DNA of 64,000 nucleotides from a bacterium (GCA_003576755.1 QEVT01000002.1:346-64345), one strand, 5' to 3'; positions 8,529 to 17,119 are shown, counted from the stretch's first letter. Notes: generated by a model from the sequence alone, not told the origin. Numbers and translations: made by a program.

Positions 8529-9958
8529 AGCGGAGGATTCGACGGCGCATCCAGCGCAAGCCCGCGCGGCCGAGCCCGAAGCACGTGACCGTCCTCGATC
8601 GCCCGTCCGAGAGAGCGCCAGAACACGCTCCCATGGCCAGGCTGCAGCGAGCGCTGGGCAACCAGGCCATGGGACGCGTCGTTCAGGCCAAGCTGAAGGT
8701 CGGCCCGCCCGGCGACCGCCACGAGCAGGAAGCCGATCGCATGGCGGCGTCGGTGATGACCGGGAGCGCGCCAGTCCAGCGTCAGGCGATGGCGGACCCC
8801 GAATCACAGTCGGTCCAGGCCAAGGAATCGCCCGGGGGCGCGACCCGGGTGTCGCCGCGCTTCGAGCGCCACCTCGGCTCGCTGCGGGGCGGCGGCAAGC
8901 CCCTACCGGGGCCGACCCGCGCGTTCTTCGAGCCGCGCTTCGGGCAACGGTTCGGCGACGTCCGGGTGCACACGGACGGCTCGGCCGCCGAGCTCGCACG
9001 GTCGGTGAATGCCCGCGCGTTTACGGTCGGGCGCGACATCGTGTTCGGGGCGGGCGAGTATGCACCCCGAACCGACGGCGGCAAGCGGCTGCTCGCACAC
9101 GAGCTGACGCACGTGGTGCAGCAGGGAGATGGGCGGTTGAGGCGGATGCCGGCAGTGCCGTCTGAGGCTGCTCCAGCACGGCCCACACTGCGGCGCGGCG
9201 ATCGCGGCATGTGGGTCAAGGAGCTTCAGGTAATGCTCAACACCGCCGACCTCGTGCCCTTGAAGTCACTGGTCCCGGATGGTGACTTCGGCGCAGCGAC
9301 CGAGCTCCACGTTGCCGAGTTTCAACGACGAAGGGGGCTACAAGACGACGGGATCGTTGGCGCGAACACGTGGCATGCTCTGGATCATCCGGCCGCGCCG
9401 GCGGATCTTGGCCCCATCGTCGATTGGCATCGTCCGACCGCACCTGAGGCCGCCGGCGGTACCAGCGAGCCGCCGTGGATCAGTGTTGCCAGAGCTGAGA
9501 TCGGCATGAAGGAGATCAAGGGCGAGAAGCACAACCCCCGCATTGTCGAGTACCTCAAGACGACGGGGAGCTGGTGGTCGGCCGATGAGACGCCTTGGTG
9601 TTCCGGGTTCGTCAACTGGGTCATGGCGAAAGCCGGCTATGCCGGAACGGGAAGCGCCAAAGCCGTATCGTGGTTGGATTGGGGCACGACGGTCGATCAA
9701 CCGGCTCTAGGGGCGATCGGCGTGATCTCATACGGCGGTGGAAAAGGCCATGTCGGGTTCGTGGTGGGCAAGCAAGGCGGCAATGTGCTCCTTCTAGGGG
9801 GCAACCAGAGCGATGAAGTGAAGATCAGTACCTTCGCGGCCGACAGGTTCAGCGTGTTCGCCTTCCCCAATGGCTATGTCGTACCGACTTCTGCCTTCTC
9901 GCTTCGCGACTCGAAGAAGGACTTTGGCAAGCCCGTGGGATTCGAGGGCACCCGGTAG
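8525..9958 (+). CDS. DUF4157 + PG_binding_1 + CHAP/NlpC-P60-like (TIGR02594-type) protein; candidate peptidoglycan-hydrolase effector
   Basis: GTG at 8525 overlaps the ATPase TGA (GTGA). DUF4157 motifs are LQRALGNQAMG, HEQEADRMA, FFEPRFGQRFGDVRVHTD and LLAHELTHVVQQG. A PG-binding repeat follows (LRRGDRGMWVKELQ...DGDFGAATELHVAEFQRRRGLQDDGIVGANTW). The C-terminal hydrolase has WCSGFVNW ... GHVGFVVG. Confidence 0.85.
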   Translation: MKRRIRRRIQRKPARPSPKHVTVLDRPSERAPEHAPMARLQRALGNQAMGRVVQAKLKVGPPGDRHEQEADRMAASVMTGSAPVQRQAMADPESQSVQAKESPGGATRVSPRFERHLGSLRGGGKPLPGPTRAFFEPRFGQRFGDVRVHTDGSAAELARSVNARAFTVGRDIVFGAGEYAPRTDGGKRLLAHELTHVVQQGDGRLRRMPAVPSEAAPARPTLRRGDRGMWVKELQVMLNTADLVPLKSLVPDGDFGAATELHVAEFQRRRGLQDDGIVGANTWHALDHPAAPADLGPIVDWHRPTAPEAAGGTSEPPWISVARAEIGMKEIKGEKHNPRIVEYLKTTGSWWSADETPWCSGFVNWVMAKAGYAGTGSAKAVSWLDWGTTVDQPALGAIGVISYGGGKGHVGFVVGKQGGNVLLLGGNQSDEVKISTFAADRFSVFAFPNGYVVPTSAFSLRDSKKDFGKPVGFEGTR

Positions 9959-10113
9959 CCACAATCAAGCTGCCTTCGCCCCGAGCCTTGGCAGCCAAAG
10001 ACACTCCGGAAGACGCGCCGCAGACGCCGGGATAGACGGCGAGTCGGCATACTATGGCCCGGATACGACGACCGGGACTGTGGCCCGCCCAATGCGGCGC
10101 ACAAGCGTGAGAC

Positions 10114-10995
10114 ATGATCCACGATCTGGACGCGACAATCGAACGACTCCTAAGTGACGAGTTGCGCCCGTTCGGGTTCAATAGTCACGAGTTAGACGTA
10201 TCGTTTGAACCGCCTACGAGTAGCTTTGGAAACAAGCTCAGTAAAGCATCGGTTGTCAACTGCTATGCCTACTTCATCCGCGAGAACCGGGACATGGTGG
10301 ATCTTCAGCCAAGACATGCTCGGCAGCCCAACGGAACAATCATCAGTCAGCGATTGCCTGCATGGATTGACGTTCACTATCTCGTGACAGCTTGGAGCCA
10401 GGCAGCGACGGACACGACAGCCGCTGAGCATCGATTGCTGAGCCATGTGGCGCTTGTACTGCTGCGACATCAGCGCTTGGTGCCAGCGGACATCTTCGGT
10501 GGTGTCTTTCCTGGCGGCTTCAACACCACCATGCAACAGGCGCGCATGCCGGCGATAATCGCACGGCCTGATAGTCTGGAGCACCTGGGCGAGTTTTGGA
10601 GCACAATGGACAACACTTGGCGACCGGCGTTGCTGTATGTCGTGAGCATGCCTCTCGATTTTGATGTGCCTATCGTAGAGTTCATGGTTACATCCAAAGT
10701 GACCGACTACATGCACACAGATGACGAATCGACGAGCGCCGCGAGCGCCGATACACTGATTCAAATCGGAGGACGCGTGTTCGACCCGGCAGCCCCGGCG
10801 CTGAACATCCCGAAAGCCGTGGTTCAGTTGAAGGAGGTAGGTCTGACGACTGAGACCGATGACCAAGGGCGATACACTTTCCTGGCACTGCAGGCCGGCA
10901 TCTACACCGTCTACGTGAGAGCCGCGGGGTACCGGCCGACCGAAACGGTGATCCACGTCACAGGCGCGCTTACTGAGTACGATGTCGCCCTGTAA
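10114..10995 (+). CDS. DUF4255 (Pvc16/Afp16-like) tail cap/terminator with a C-terminal carboxypeptidase-regulatory-like beta-sandwich
   Basis: The N-terminus MIHDLDATIERLLSDEL... and IDVHYLVTAW...EHRLLSHVALVLLRH match the Pvc16_N pattern. The C-terminal GRVFD...TDDQGRYTFLALQAGIYTVYVRAAGYRP is CarboxypepD_reg-like. Confidence 0.8.
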   Translation: MIHDLDATIERLLSDELRPFGFNSHELDVSFEPPTSSFGNKLSKASVVNCYAYFIRENRDMVDLQPRHARQPNGTIISQRLPAWIDVHYLVTAWSQAATDTTAAEHRLLSHVALVLLRHQRLVPADIFGGVFPGGFNTTMQQARMPAIIARPDSLEHLGEFWSTMDNTWRPALLYVVSMPLDFDVPIVEFMVTSKVTDYMHTDDESTSAASADTLIQIGGRVFDPAAPALNIPKAVVQLKEVGLTTETDDQGRYTFLALQAGIYTVYVRAAGYRPTETVIHVTGALTEYDVAL

Positions 10996-11040
10996 CTGCT
11001 CCCATTGCAGCATTCGAGTCTAGAGACAAGAGGAGGACTC

Positions 11041-13152
11041 ATGCCAACCCTGTACAAGACCCCCGGCGTCTACATCGAGGAACTCCCGGTCGCCGGCCCG
11101 ATCGAGGCTGTCGGCACCAGCACCGCGGCGTTCGTCGGCCCGGCCCTTGCCGGCCCTATGAACAAGCCGGTGAAGGTCACAAGCTGGGACCAGTTTGTTG
11201 CGACCTTCGGCAAGAACGTCGAGACCGAGTTCGGCACTAACCGTACACCTTACAGCGCCTTCCCGAGACGGCTGTACATGCCCTACGCGGTGCGAGGCTT
11301 CTTCGATAATGGTGGAACGGTGTGTTATGTAGTGCGGGTTGGAAACGCTGTTAGGGCCGGAAGGAACCTCAACGACCGCACTCCGACAGCCGAGGGCGGC
11401 CCAGGCGTCGCGCTGCGGGTCGAGGCGTTGAAGGAGGGTGTGGCCGGTGGCGATATCACGGTCGAGGTATTGGACCAGAACGCCGCCACAACGAAGCTGG
11501 CCAGAACGAGCGTAGCAACGACGGCAGCGACTGTGGTTGGGAGCAAGGAAATCTCCGTTGCGTCGTTGTCGGGCATTGGGCCGGGCGACAAGGTCGTCAT
11601 CGGTACGGGAACGGGGCAGGAGACTGGTGTAATCGAGAGAACCCTCGTCGATAAGTCCGGCGCATCGAGCGTGAACAAGCTCTTGATGAAGAACCCGCTT
11701 GCTCACGCACATCAGACTGGCCAAACGGTTAGGCACGCCGGGTTACTGGCAGGTGACACCCGCCTACGCGTAGAGGACACACGAGGCATCGAGCGCGGTA
11801 CCGTGCTTCACATCAAGGAGGGCACGACACCGAAGGAAGAGCACGCGGAGGTCGTTCATGTCGTTCAGTTGCGCGCCGATACAAACGATTCGGCCGACAA
11901 GCGCCCAGGGTTCGTTACCGTAAGGGCAGGGTTGGCGAACGCGTATCCGCTCGACAGTACCGATGTTACCGTCAAAAGCCTGGAATTCGGCTTGAAGATT
12001 ACGGGTGCTGGCGGTGCGACAGAGACCTACAATACCCTGTCCATGAGTCCGGACCACAGTCGATTCTACGGCCGCATCCTAAACGGGGTTCCGTTGATCA
12101 ACTCCCGCTTGGTGGAGGTCCGCGCACCCGATGATCCGGGATCGGCACCGCCACCGAAGAACTTGCCTGCTGCAATGGCGACTGCTGTCGCGCTCAAGCG
12201 AGCCAATGGTACTGATGCATCGGGTACAGATGGCGCCGAAGACAACCTGCTTGCACTCGATCCCTCTCACTTCGATAAGGGAATCAACGCTCTCGAGAAG
12301 ATCGACGACGTCAACATCCTGTGCGTTCCCGATGCCGCGACGAACATCTCAAACCTACCACCCTTGAGATCCGCCGTTCAGTCGGCCATGATCACGCACT
12401 GCGAGCGGATGTTCGATCGCGTAGCCATCATCGACCCCAGCGCCAAGCTGGGCCTCACCGACGAACCCGAAAAGGGAATCCTCGGGCAGCGCAACAGTTT
12501 GCCCGGAACTCCCCGAGGTTTCGCGGCGCTCTACTACCCGCAAATCGTGATCCAGGATCCCCAGGAGTCGCGACGCATCTCGGTACCGCCTTCCGGCCAC
12601 CTCGCTGGCGTCTACGCACGATCCGATGCCACTCGTGGCGTCCACAAAGCGCCTGCCAATGAGCCGATTCGCGGCGCACTTGCATTGGAGAGCGAGTTGA
12701 CCGACGCCGAACAGGGCGAGCTGAACATCCAAGGCGTCAACGTCCTGCGCATCTTCCCCGGTACCGGCCCGGTCGTGTGGGGTGCGCGAACGCTGTCGAC
12801 GGATACTGCTTGGCGGTACATCAGCGTCCGGCGGCTCTTCCTTCAGATCGAGGAGTCGATCCAGGAAGGGACGCGCTGGGCTGTGTTCGAGCCGAACAAC
12901 CTGGCCCTGTGGCAGAAGATCAGGCGCAATGTGACCGCTTTCCTCAATGGCTTCTGGCGGGACGGCGCGCTGTTTGGTGCAACGCCGGAACAAGCTTTCT
13001 ATGTCAAGGTCGACGAGGAGTTGAACCCGCCTGAGGTGCGAGCACTGGGCCAGGTGATCATCGAAATCGGACTGGTGCCGGCGTTTCCGGCCGAGTTCAT
13101 CGTGTTCCGCATCCAACAGATGCCCGGCGGCATCGACGTCAGCGAGCTCTAA
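11041..13152 (+). CDS. Contractile tail sheath protein (Afp2-4/gpFI-like)
   Basis: RBS AGAGGAGG lies upstream of ATG 11041. The N-terminus is PGVYIEELP...GTSTAAFVGPA. The C-terminus is GVNVLRIFPGTGPVVWGARTL...WRYISVRRLFLQIEESI. Both are canonical sheath termini. Confidence 0.9.
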   Translation: MPTLYKTPGVYIEELPVAGPIEAVGTSTAAFVGPALAGPMNKPVKVTSWDQFVATFGKNVETEFGTNRTPYSAFPRRLYMPYAVRGFFDNGGTVCYVVRVGNAVRAGRNLNDRTPTAEGGPGVALRVEALKEGVAGGDITVEVLDQNAATTKLARTSVATTAATVVGSKEISVASLSGIGPGDKVVIGTGTGQETGVIERTLVDKSGASSVNKLLMKNPLAHAHQTGQTVRHAGLLAGDTRLRVEDTRGIERGTVLHIKEGTTPKEEHAEVVHVVQLRADTNDSADKRPGFVTVRAGLANAYPLDSTDVTVKSLEFGLKITGAGGATETYNTLSMSPDHSRFYGRILNGVPLINSRLVEVRAPDDPGSAPPPKNLPAAMATAVALKRANGTDASGTDGAEDNLLALDPSHFDKGINALEKIDDVNILCVPDAATNISNLPPLRSAVQSAMITHCERMFDRVAIIDPSAKLGLTDEPEKGILGQRNSLPGTPRGFAALYYPQIVIQDPQESRRISVPPSGHLAGVYARSDATRGVHKAPANEPIRGALALESELTDAEQGELNIQGVNVLRIFPGTGPVVWGARTLSTDTAWRYISVRRLFLQIEESIQEGTRWAVFEPNNLALWQKIRRNVTAFLNGFWRDGALFGATPEQAFYVKVDEELNPPEVRALGQVIIEIGLVPAFPAEFIVFRIQQMPGGIDVSEL

Positions 13153-13167
13153 AGGAGGCCCGCCACC

Positions 13168-13593
13168 ATGCCACCCAAGGATCCTTACCGCAACTTCAAC
13201 TTCCTCGTGGAGATCGACGGCATACAGCAGGCAGGGTTCACCGAATGCACCGGCTTCGGGGCGGACAATGCACCGATCGAATACCGAGAGGGCGGCGACA
13301 ACCTGACGGTTCGCAAGCTGCCGGGGTTGACGAAGTACCCCAACATCGTCCTCAAGTGGGGCATCACGGACTCGCAGGACCTCTACAACTGGTTCCGCGA
13401 TATCACCCGCGGCAAAGTCGAGCGCAAGAACGTGTCGATCGTTCTGCGCGATATCGACGGTTCCGAGAAGATCCGTTGGAACGCTGTCCTCTGCTGGCCG
13501 ACCAAGTGGGACGGCCCCGACTTCAACGCCAAGGGTACCGACGTCGCCATCGAGACGTTGGAGCTGGCCCACGAAGGCGTCGAAAGGGCCTGA
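13168..13593 (+). CDS. Tail tube protein (Afp1/gp19-like, T4-type tube family)
   Basis: RBS AAAGGAGG. The motifs YRNFNFLVEIDGI..AGFTECTGFG...IEYREGG...RKLPGLTKYPNIVLKWGIT are characteristic of phage_T4_gp19-type eCIS tubes. Confidence 0.9.
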   Translation: MPPKDPYRNFNFLVEIDGIQQAGFTECTGFGADNAPIEYREGGDNLTVRKLPGLTKYPNIVLKWGITDSQDLYNWFRDITRGKVERKNVSIVLRDIDGSEKIRWNAVLCWPTKWDGPDFNAKGTDVAIETLELAHEGVERA

Positions 13594-13598
13594 CCCCC

Positions 13599-13961
13599 AT
13601 GTTCCAGACCGAGTTCGAGTTCACGCTGCCCATGGGCTATCTCGACGACGAGGGCACGCTCCACCGCCAGGGCACCATGCGCCTGGCGACGGCGGGGGAC
13701 GAGATCCTGCCGCTCAAGGATCCGCGGGTCCAGGGCAACCAGGCGTACCTCGTCGTCATCCTGCTCTCGCGGGTGATCACGCGGCTGGGCTCGTTGGGGC
13801 ACATCAACCCCAAGGTCGTCGAGGGGCTCTTCGCCGCCGACCTGGCCTACCTGCAAGAGTTCTACAACGAGATCAACCGCACCGGCAAGGCGGCCGTGCC
13901 GGCCGTGTGCCCCAAATGCGCCCACGAGTACCGCGTGGAGCTCAACGGCGTGGGGGGGTGA
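13599..13961 (+). CDS. Tail assembly chaperone, P2 gpE-like (120 aa), with a C-terminal CPKC zinc-ribbon-like motif
   Basis: It sits immediately after the tube gene. The pattern (GTMRLATAGDEILPL...LLSRVITRLG...GLFAADLAYLQEFYNEIN) resembles gpE-type chaperones. The ORF ends GVGG-stop on a G7 run. Confidence 0.7.
   Translation: MFQTEFEFTLPMGYLDDEGTLHRQGTMRLATAGDEILPLKDPRVQGNQAYLVVILLSRVITRLGSLGHINPKVVEGLFAADLAYLQEFYNEINRTGKAAVPAVCPKCAHEYRVELNGVGG
13952..13958 (+). other. Candidate -1 programmed ribosomal frameshift site (G GGG GGG heptamer immediately 5' of the gpE-like stop codon)
   Basis: The zero-frame codons are GTG GGG GGG TGA. A -1 slip on the seven Gs reads GTG ATC GGC TAC, which is exactly the downstream ORF frame. 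This mirrors P2 E/E+E' and lambda G/GT. Confidence 0.45.
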
Positions 13962-14122
13962 TCGGCTACCCCCTCGGGGCGCTGTACGAGGAGGTAGCCT
14001 TCATCGCGTACCACTTCCACTGGTCGCCCGAGGCGATCATGGAGTTGGAGCACCCGGACCGGCGGCGGTGGGTAGAGCAGATCTCGAACATTCATCAGCG
14101 CATGAACGAGCAAACACGATGA
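13958..14122 (+). CDS. gpE'-like extension ORF (54 codons); translated alone from GTG or as the -1 frameshift extension of the chaperone
   Basis: GTG at 13958 overlaps the upstream TGA (GTGA). FHWSPEAIMELEHPDRRRWVEQI resembles the short P2 GpE' family motif (W-P ... M-L ... W). The stop overlaps the next ATG. Confidence 0.55.
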   Translation: MIGYPLGALYEEVAFIAYHFHWSPEAIMELEHPDRRRWVEQISNIHQRMNEQTR

Positions 14123-15027
14123 GCACTTCGACCAACACGATGTTGCAGGGGCTGTTGCGGCGACGAAGGTGGGCGGAACGCCGCTGGTCGGGTCGACACT
14201 GGTCGGCTTGGGCCCAGGCATTGGCCGCGCGCTACGGGTTCGCGTCGATGCGCGGCGGCGCCGGCATGACATGGCTCGCGCCGATGGGCGGCATCCATCT
14301 GCATAACCATCGATGGAGCGCGGGCGATCGGACGTTCAGCCCGACCATCGTGCTCGCCCTTCAGCGTCTCCTCCGGCAAGTCGCGGATTTGGGCCAGCGC
14401 GGGCCGGACCGCGAAGGCGCAGCATCCGCGGCGCGTGGCGTGCTGCGCGCCAACCCGGCCGCCGCAGCGATGGCCGCGCGGGCATCGGGCCATCTTCATC
14501 CGTCTGCGGCGATGACGGTGCTCGGGCCTTTGAAGCCGCTCGATGCGCCCGCGATCTCCGCCGGCGGACGCGCGCCAAACGCGCCGCCCGACGCGCAACG
14601 CGGCGCCGCACCCCATGTGCCGCGACCGCTGCTCGTCTGGTCTCCCGTGGCGCGGGCGTTGGCGCGCGCCGATGCGGCCGCCGAAACCGCGAGCCGGACG
14701 TCGCCCACCGGCCGGTACGAGGGCGCTTACCGCGCCGATCGCTTGTCCGAGATATCGCGGCGTCTTGCCGAGCGTCACCAGCGTGTCGAGCTGCTGACGC
14801 CGCGATCGATCGTCACGCGCCAGCCGGCCCAGGCGCCGCTGGTGGTCAACCTTCCGGAAGGCGTGGCGCTCACCAGCACGATGTCGGAGGGCACGGGGAT
14901 CGCCCCACCGCCAGACGTGCCGCCCGCGTGGACGGAAGTCGAAGTACAGCGGGTCGCGGATCAGGTCGTGCGGCAGCTCGACCGCCGCCTGACGGCCCAG
15001 CGCGAGCGATTGGGGCGGTCGTTCTAG
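14119..15027 (+). CDS. Hypothetical Ala/Arg-rich protein (302 aa) in the tape-measure (gpT/Afp14) position
   Basis: ATGA overlap with the E' ORF. By position it lies between the chaperone pair and the LysM/gpD genes, as gpT does in P2. The body is low-complexity, with a more ordered C-terminus (EVEVQRVADQVVRQLDRRLTAQRERLGR). The assignment rests on synteny only. Confidence 0.45.
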   Translation: MSTSTNTMLQGLLRRRRWAERRWSGRHWSAWAQALAARYGFASMRGGAGMTWLAPMGGIHLHNHRWSAGDRTFSPTIVLALQRLLRQVADLGQRGPDREGAASAARGVLRANPAAAAMAARASGHLHPSAAMTVLGPLKPLDAPAISAGGRAPNAPPDAQRGAAPHVPRPLLVWSPVARALARADAAAETASRTSPTGRYEGAYRADRLSEISRRLAERHQRVELLTPRSIVTRQPAQAPLVVNLPEGVALTSTMSEGTGIAPPPDVPPAWTEVEVQRVADQVVRQLDRRLTAQRERLGRSF

Positions 15028-15090
15028 CCCGCGCCGTGTCGACGGCGCGATGCAAAGGTCGGCCTTGCGAAGCCAGGACAAGGATCAGAC

Positions 15091-15774
15091 ATGGGACTGG
15101 AAAAGCTGCAGATTCAGGTGGAACACACGGGGGAGATGCTGCCGGTGCTCTTCAACCCCGAGGAGTACACCGTGAGCAAGGACAACAAGTTCGCGTCCCA
15201 GGAGATCCCGGGCCTTTCCGGCCCCATCGTCCAGTTCGTCAGCGGCGGCCAGAAGTCGCTGGACATGAAGCTGTTCTTCGACACCTACGCGCCGGCCGAT
15301 CCCGCGAAAGCGGCCAACCTCAAGAAGACCGACGTGCGCGAAGAGACGCGCAAAATCACCCGCCTGATCGACATCGACCCACAGCTCCACGCACCGCCCA
15401 TCCTGAACGTGAAGTGGGCGTCGCTCCAGCTTCGCTGCGTCCTGGTCAGCGCCAACCAGCAGTTCGTGATGTTCATGCCTGACGGCACACCGGTCCGGGC
15501 GTGGGTGACGGTGAAGTTCAACGAGGTGATCAACCCGGAGCAGGAATCGGCCAAGGTCAAGCGCGAGACCGCCGACTTCCACAAGATCCACACCGTCAGC
15601 CACGGCGAGACGCTCAGCGGCATCGCCGGCGCGTTGTACGCCGACCCGCAGAAGTGGCGGCCGATCGCGCGGGTCAATGGCATCGCCGACCCCCGCACAC
15701 TCTTCGTCGGCCAGCGCTTGACCATCCCGTCGCTGCCGTTCAACGATCCGGACACCGGCGAGGCGGTGAGCTGA
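15091..15774 (+). CDS. CIS tube-initiator/tube-baseplate adaptor with a C-terminal LysM domain (Afp5/Afp7-class)
   Basis: The N-terminus is tube-like (LPVLFNPEEYTVSKDNKFASQEIPGLSGPIVQFVSGGQKSLDMKLFFDTY). The C-terminal LysM is HTVSHGETLSGIAGALYADPQKWRPIARVNGIADPRTLFVGQRLTIP. Confidence 0.85.
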   Translation: MGLEKLQIQVEHTGEMLPVLFNPEEYTVSKDNKFASQEIPGLSGPIVQFVSGGQKSLDMKLFFDTYAPADPAKAANLKKTDVREETRKITRLIDIDPQLHAPPILNVKWASLQLRCVLVSANQQFVMFMPDGTPVRAWVTVKFNEVINPEQESAKVKRETADFHKIHTVSHGETLSGIAGALYADPQKWRPIARVNGIADPRTLFVGQRLTIPSLPFNDPDTGEAVS

Positions 15775-15775
15775 C

Positions 15776-16996
15776 ATGTCCGCGCTCGGACCGTACGCGC
15801 CTCAGTTCGACGTGCGCATCGACGACGACAAGCTGCCGCCGGGCCTGCGCGCGTCGATCATCAGCGTCAAGCTCGACAGCGGGCTCGAAGGCGCCGACCG
15901 CGTCGAGGTCGCCATCGCCAACGTGGGCTACCAGTGGCTGGATCACCCGCTGCTGGAGGTCGACAAGCCGCTCGACCTGCTCATCGGCTACGCGCCGGAC
16001 CCGCTCGTCCACGTCTTCGCCGGAGAAATCACCGGCGTCGAGCCGACGTTCCCCAGCAGCGGGATCCCCACCATCAACATCGCGGCGCAAGACCGGATGC
16101 ACCGGCTGGCGCGGCCGAAGAAGGACCGCGGGATGCAGAAGAGCATCCCCTCGATGGGGAACTTCCCACTGCCGGACATGCTGAACATCCAGACGCTCGC
16201 CGGCCAGCTCCAGCCGGACATCGACCCGGTGGGCGGGGCGCTGTCGCTCCTGAGCATGCTGGCTACGCACCTGGTCGCACCGCAGATCGCCCAGAAGGCG
16301 GTACGCGTGCAGGAGAGCCTCTCGGACCTGGAGTTCCTCACCGCCATCGCCAAGGACAACGGCTGGGAGATGTACATCGACCATGCCGCCGAGCCGCGCG
16401 GCTTCGCACTGCGGTTCAAGTCGATGGTGGAAGACTTCAACCCCGATCTGACGCTGAGCCATGGCACCTCGCTGATGGACTTCGCGCCGAGGCGGACGAC
16501 CGTTGGCGACATCGCCGGCGTGTCGGCCCGGGTGTGGGTGGAGAGCCTGAAGACGGAGTTCCTGCTCGTCCTGAAGTGGGACGACGAGACGACGTCGTTC
16601 GACCTGCGGGTCATGCCCAGCCAGGTGCTGGGCATCAGCCTGGAAGAGATCCTGGGCAAGGATGTCGCGGCCAACACAGTCGACATCAAGCCTGCGAGCT
16701 TCGCCATGGCGCCCCAGAAGCTGTTCAACGAGCTCCTGCCGCGCCTCAACAACCGGTTGACCGGGTCCGCCAGCAGCGTCGGCGATCCGCGCATCCAGGT
16801 CGGCAAGGTCATCAACATGGAGGGCGTGGGCCAGGCGTTTGGCGGGCTGTACCGCGTGACCAAGGCCACGCACACATTCGATTCGGGCGGCTACAAGACG
16901 GCGTTCGAGGTGCGCAAGGAGGCGTGGTTCGGCCAGATGGCCGTGCCCAAAGGTGCCGAAGGCATGGCGCGCACCCTGGCGCAGCGGGTGGCGTGA
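15776..16996 (+). CDS. Baseplate hub, phage late-control gene D (gpD/gp27-like)
   Basis: ATG lies 1 nt after the upstream TGA. The length and the C-terminal FGGLYRVTKATHTFDSGGYKTAFEVRKE are typical of gpD-family hub proteins. Confidence 0.85.
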   Translation: MSALGPYAPQFDVRIDDDKLPPGLRASIISVKLDSGLEGADRVEVAIANVGYQWLDHPLLEVDKPLDLLIGYAPDPLVHVFAGEITGVEPTFPSSGIPTINIAAQDRMHRLARPKKDRGMQKSIPSMGNFPLPDMLNIQTLAGQLQPDIDPVGGALSLLSMLATHLVAPQIAQKAVRVQESLSDLEFLTAIAKDNGWEMYIDHAAEPRGFALRFKSMVEDFNPDLTLSHGTSLMDFAPRRTTVGDIAGVSARVWVESLKTEFLLVLKWDDETTSFDLRVMPSQVLGISLEEILGKDVAANTVDIKPASFAMAPQKLFNELLPRLNNRLTGSASSVGDPRIQVGKVINMEGVGQAFGGLYRVTKATHTFDSGGYKTAFEVRKEAWFGQMAVPKGAEGMARTLAQRVA

Positions 16997-17119
16997 CATG
17001 CGCGCGATGAGGCGATCTGGCGTCGCGATGGTGCGAAGTGATGTGATGGTGCGACGTAAGGTGACGAGGCCACGCGATGCGGCGATGCGATCCGGCGCGA
17101 CGATGACACGAGGTCGACG

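Noticed and set aside
10027-10055. TACTAT at 10050-10055 was considered as a -10 box for the structural operon.
   Set aside because: No acceptable -35 hexamer lies at 16-18 nt spacing. ATAGAC is only 12 nt away. I cannot support a promoter call here.
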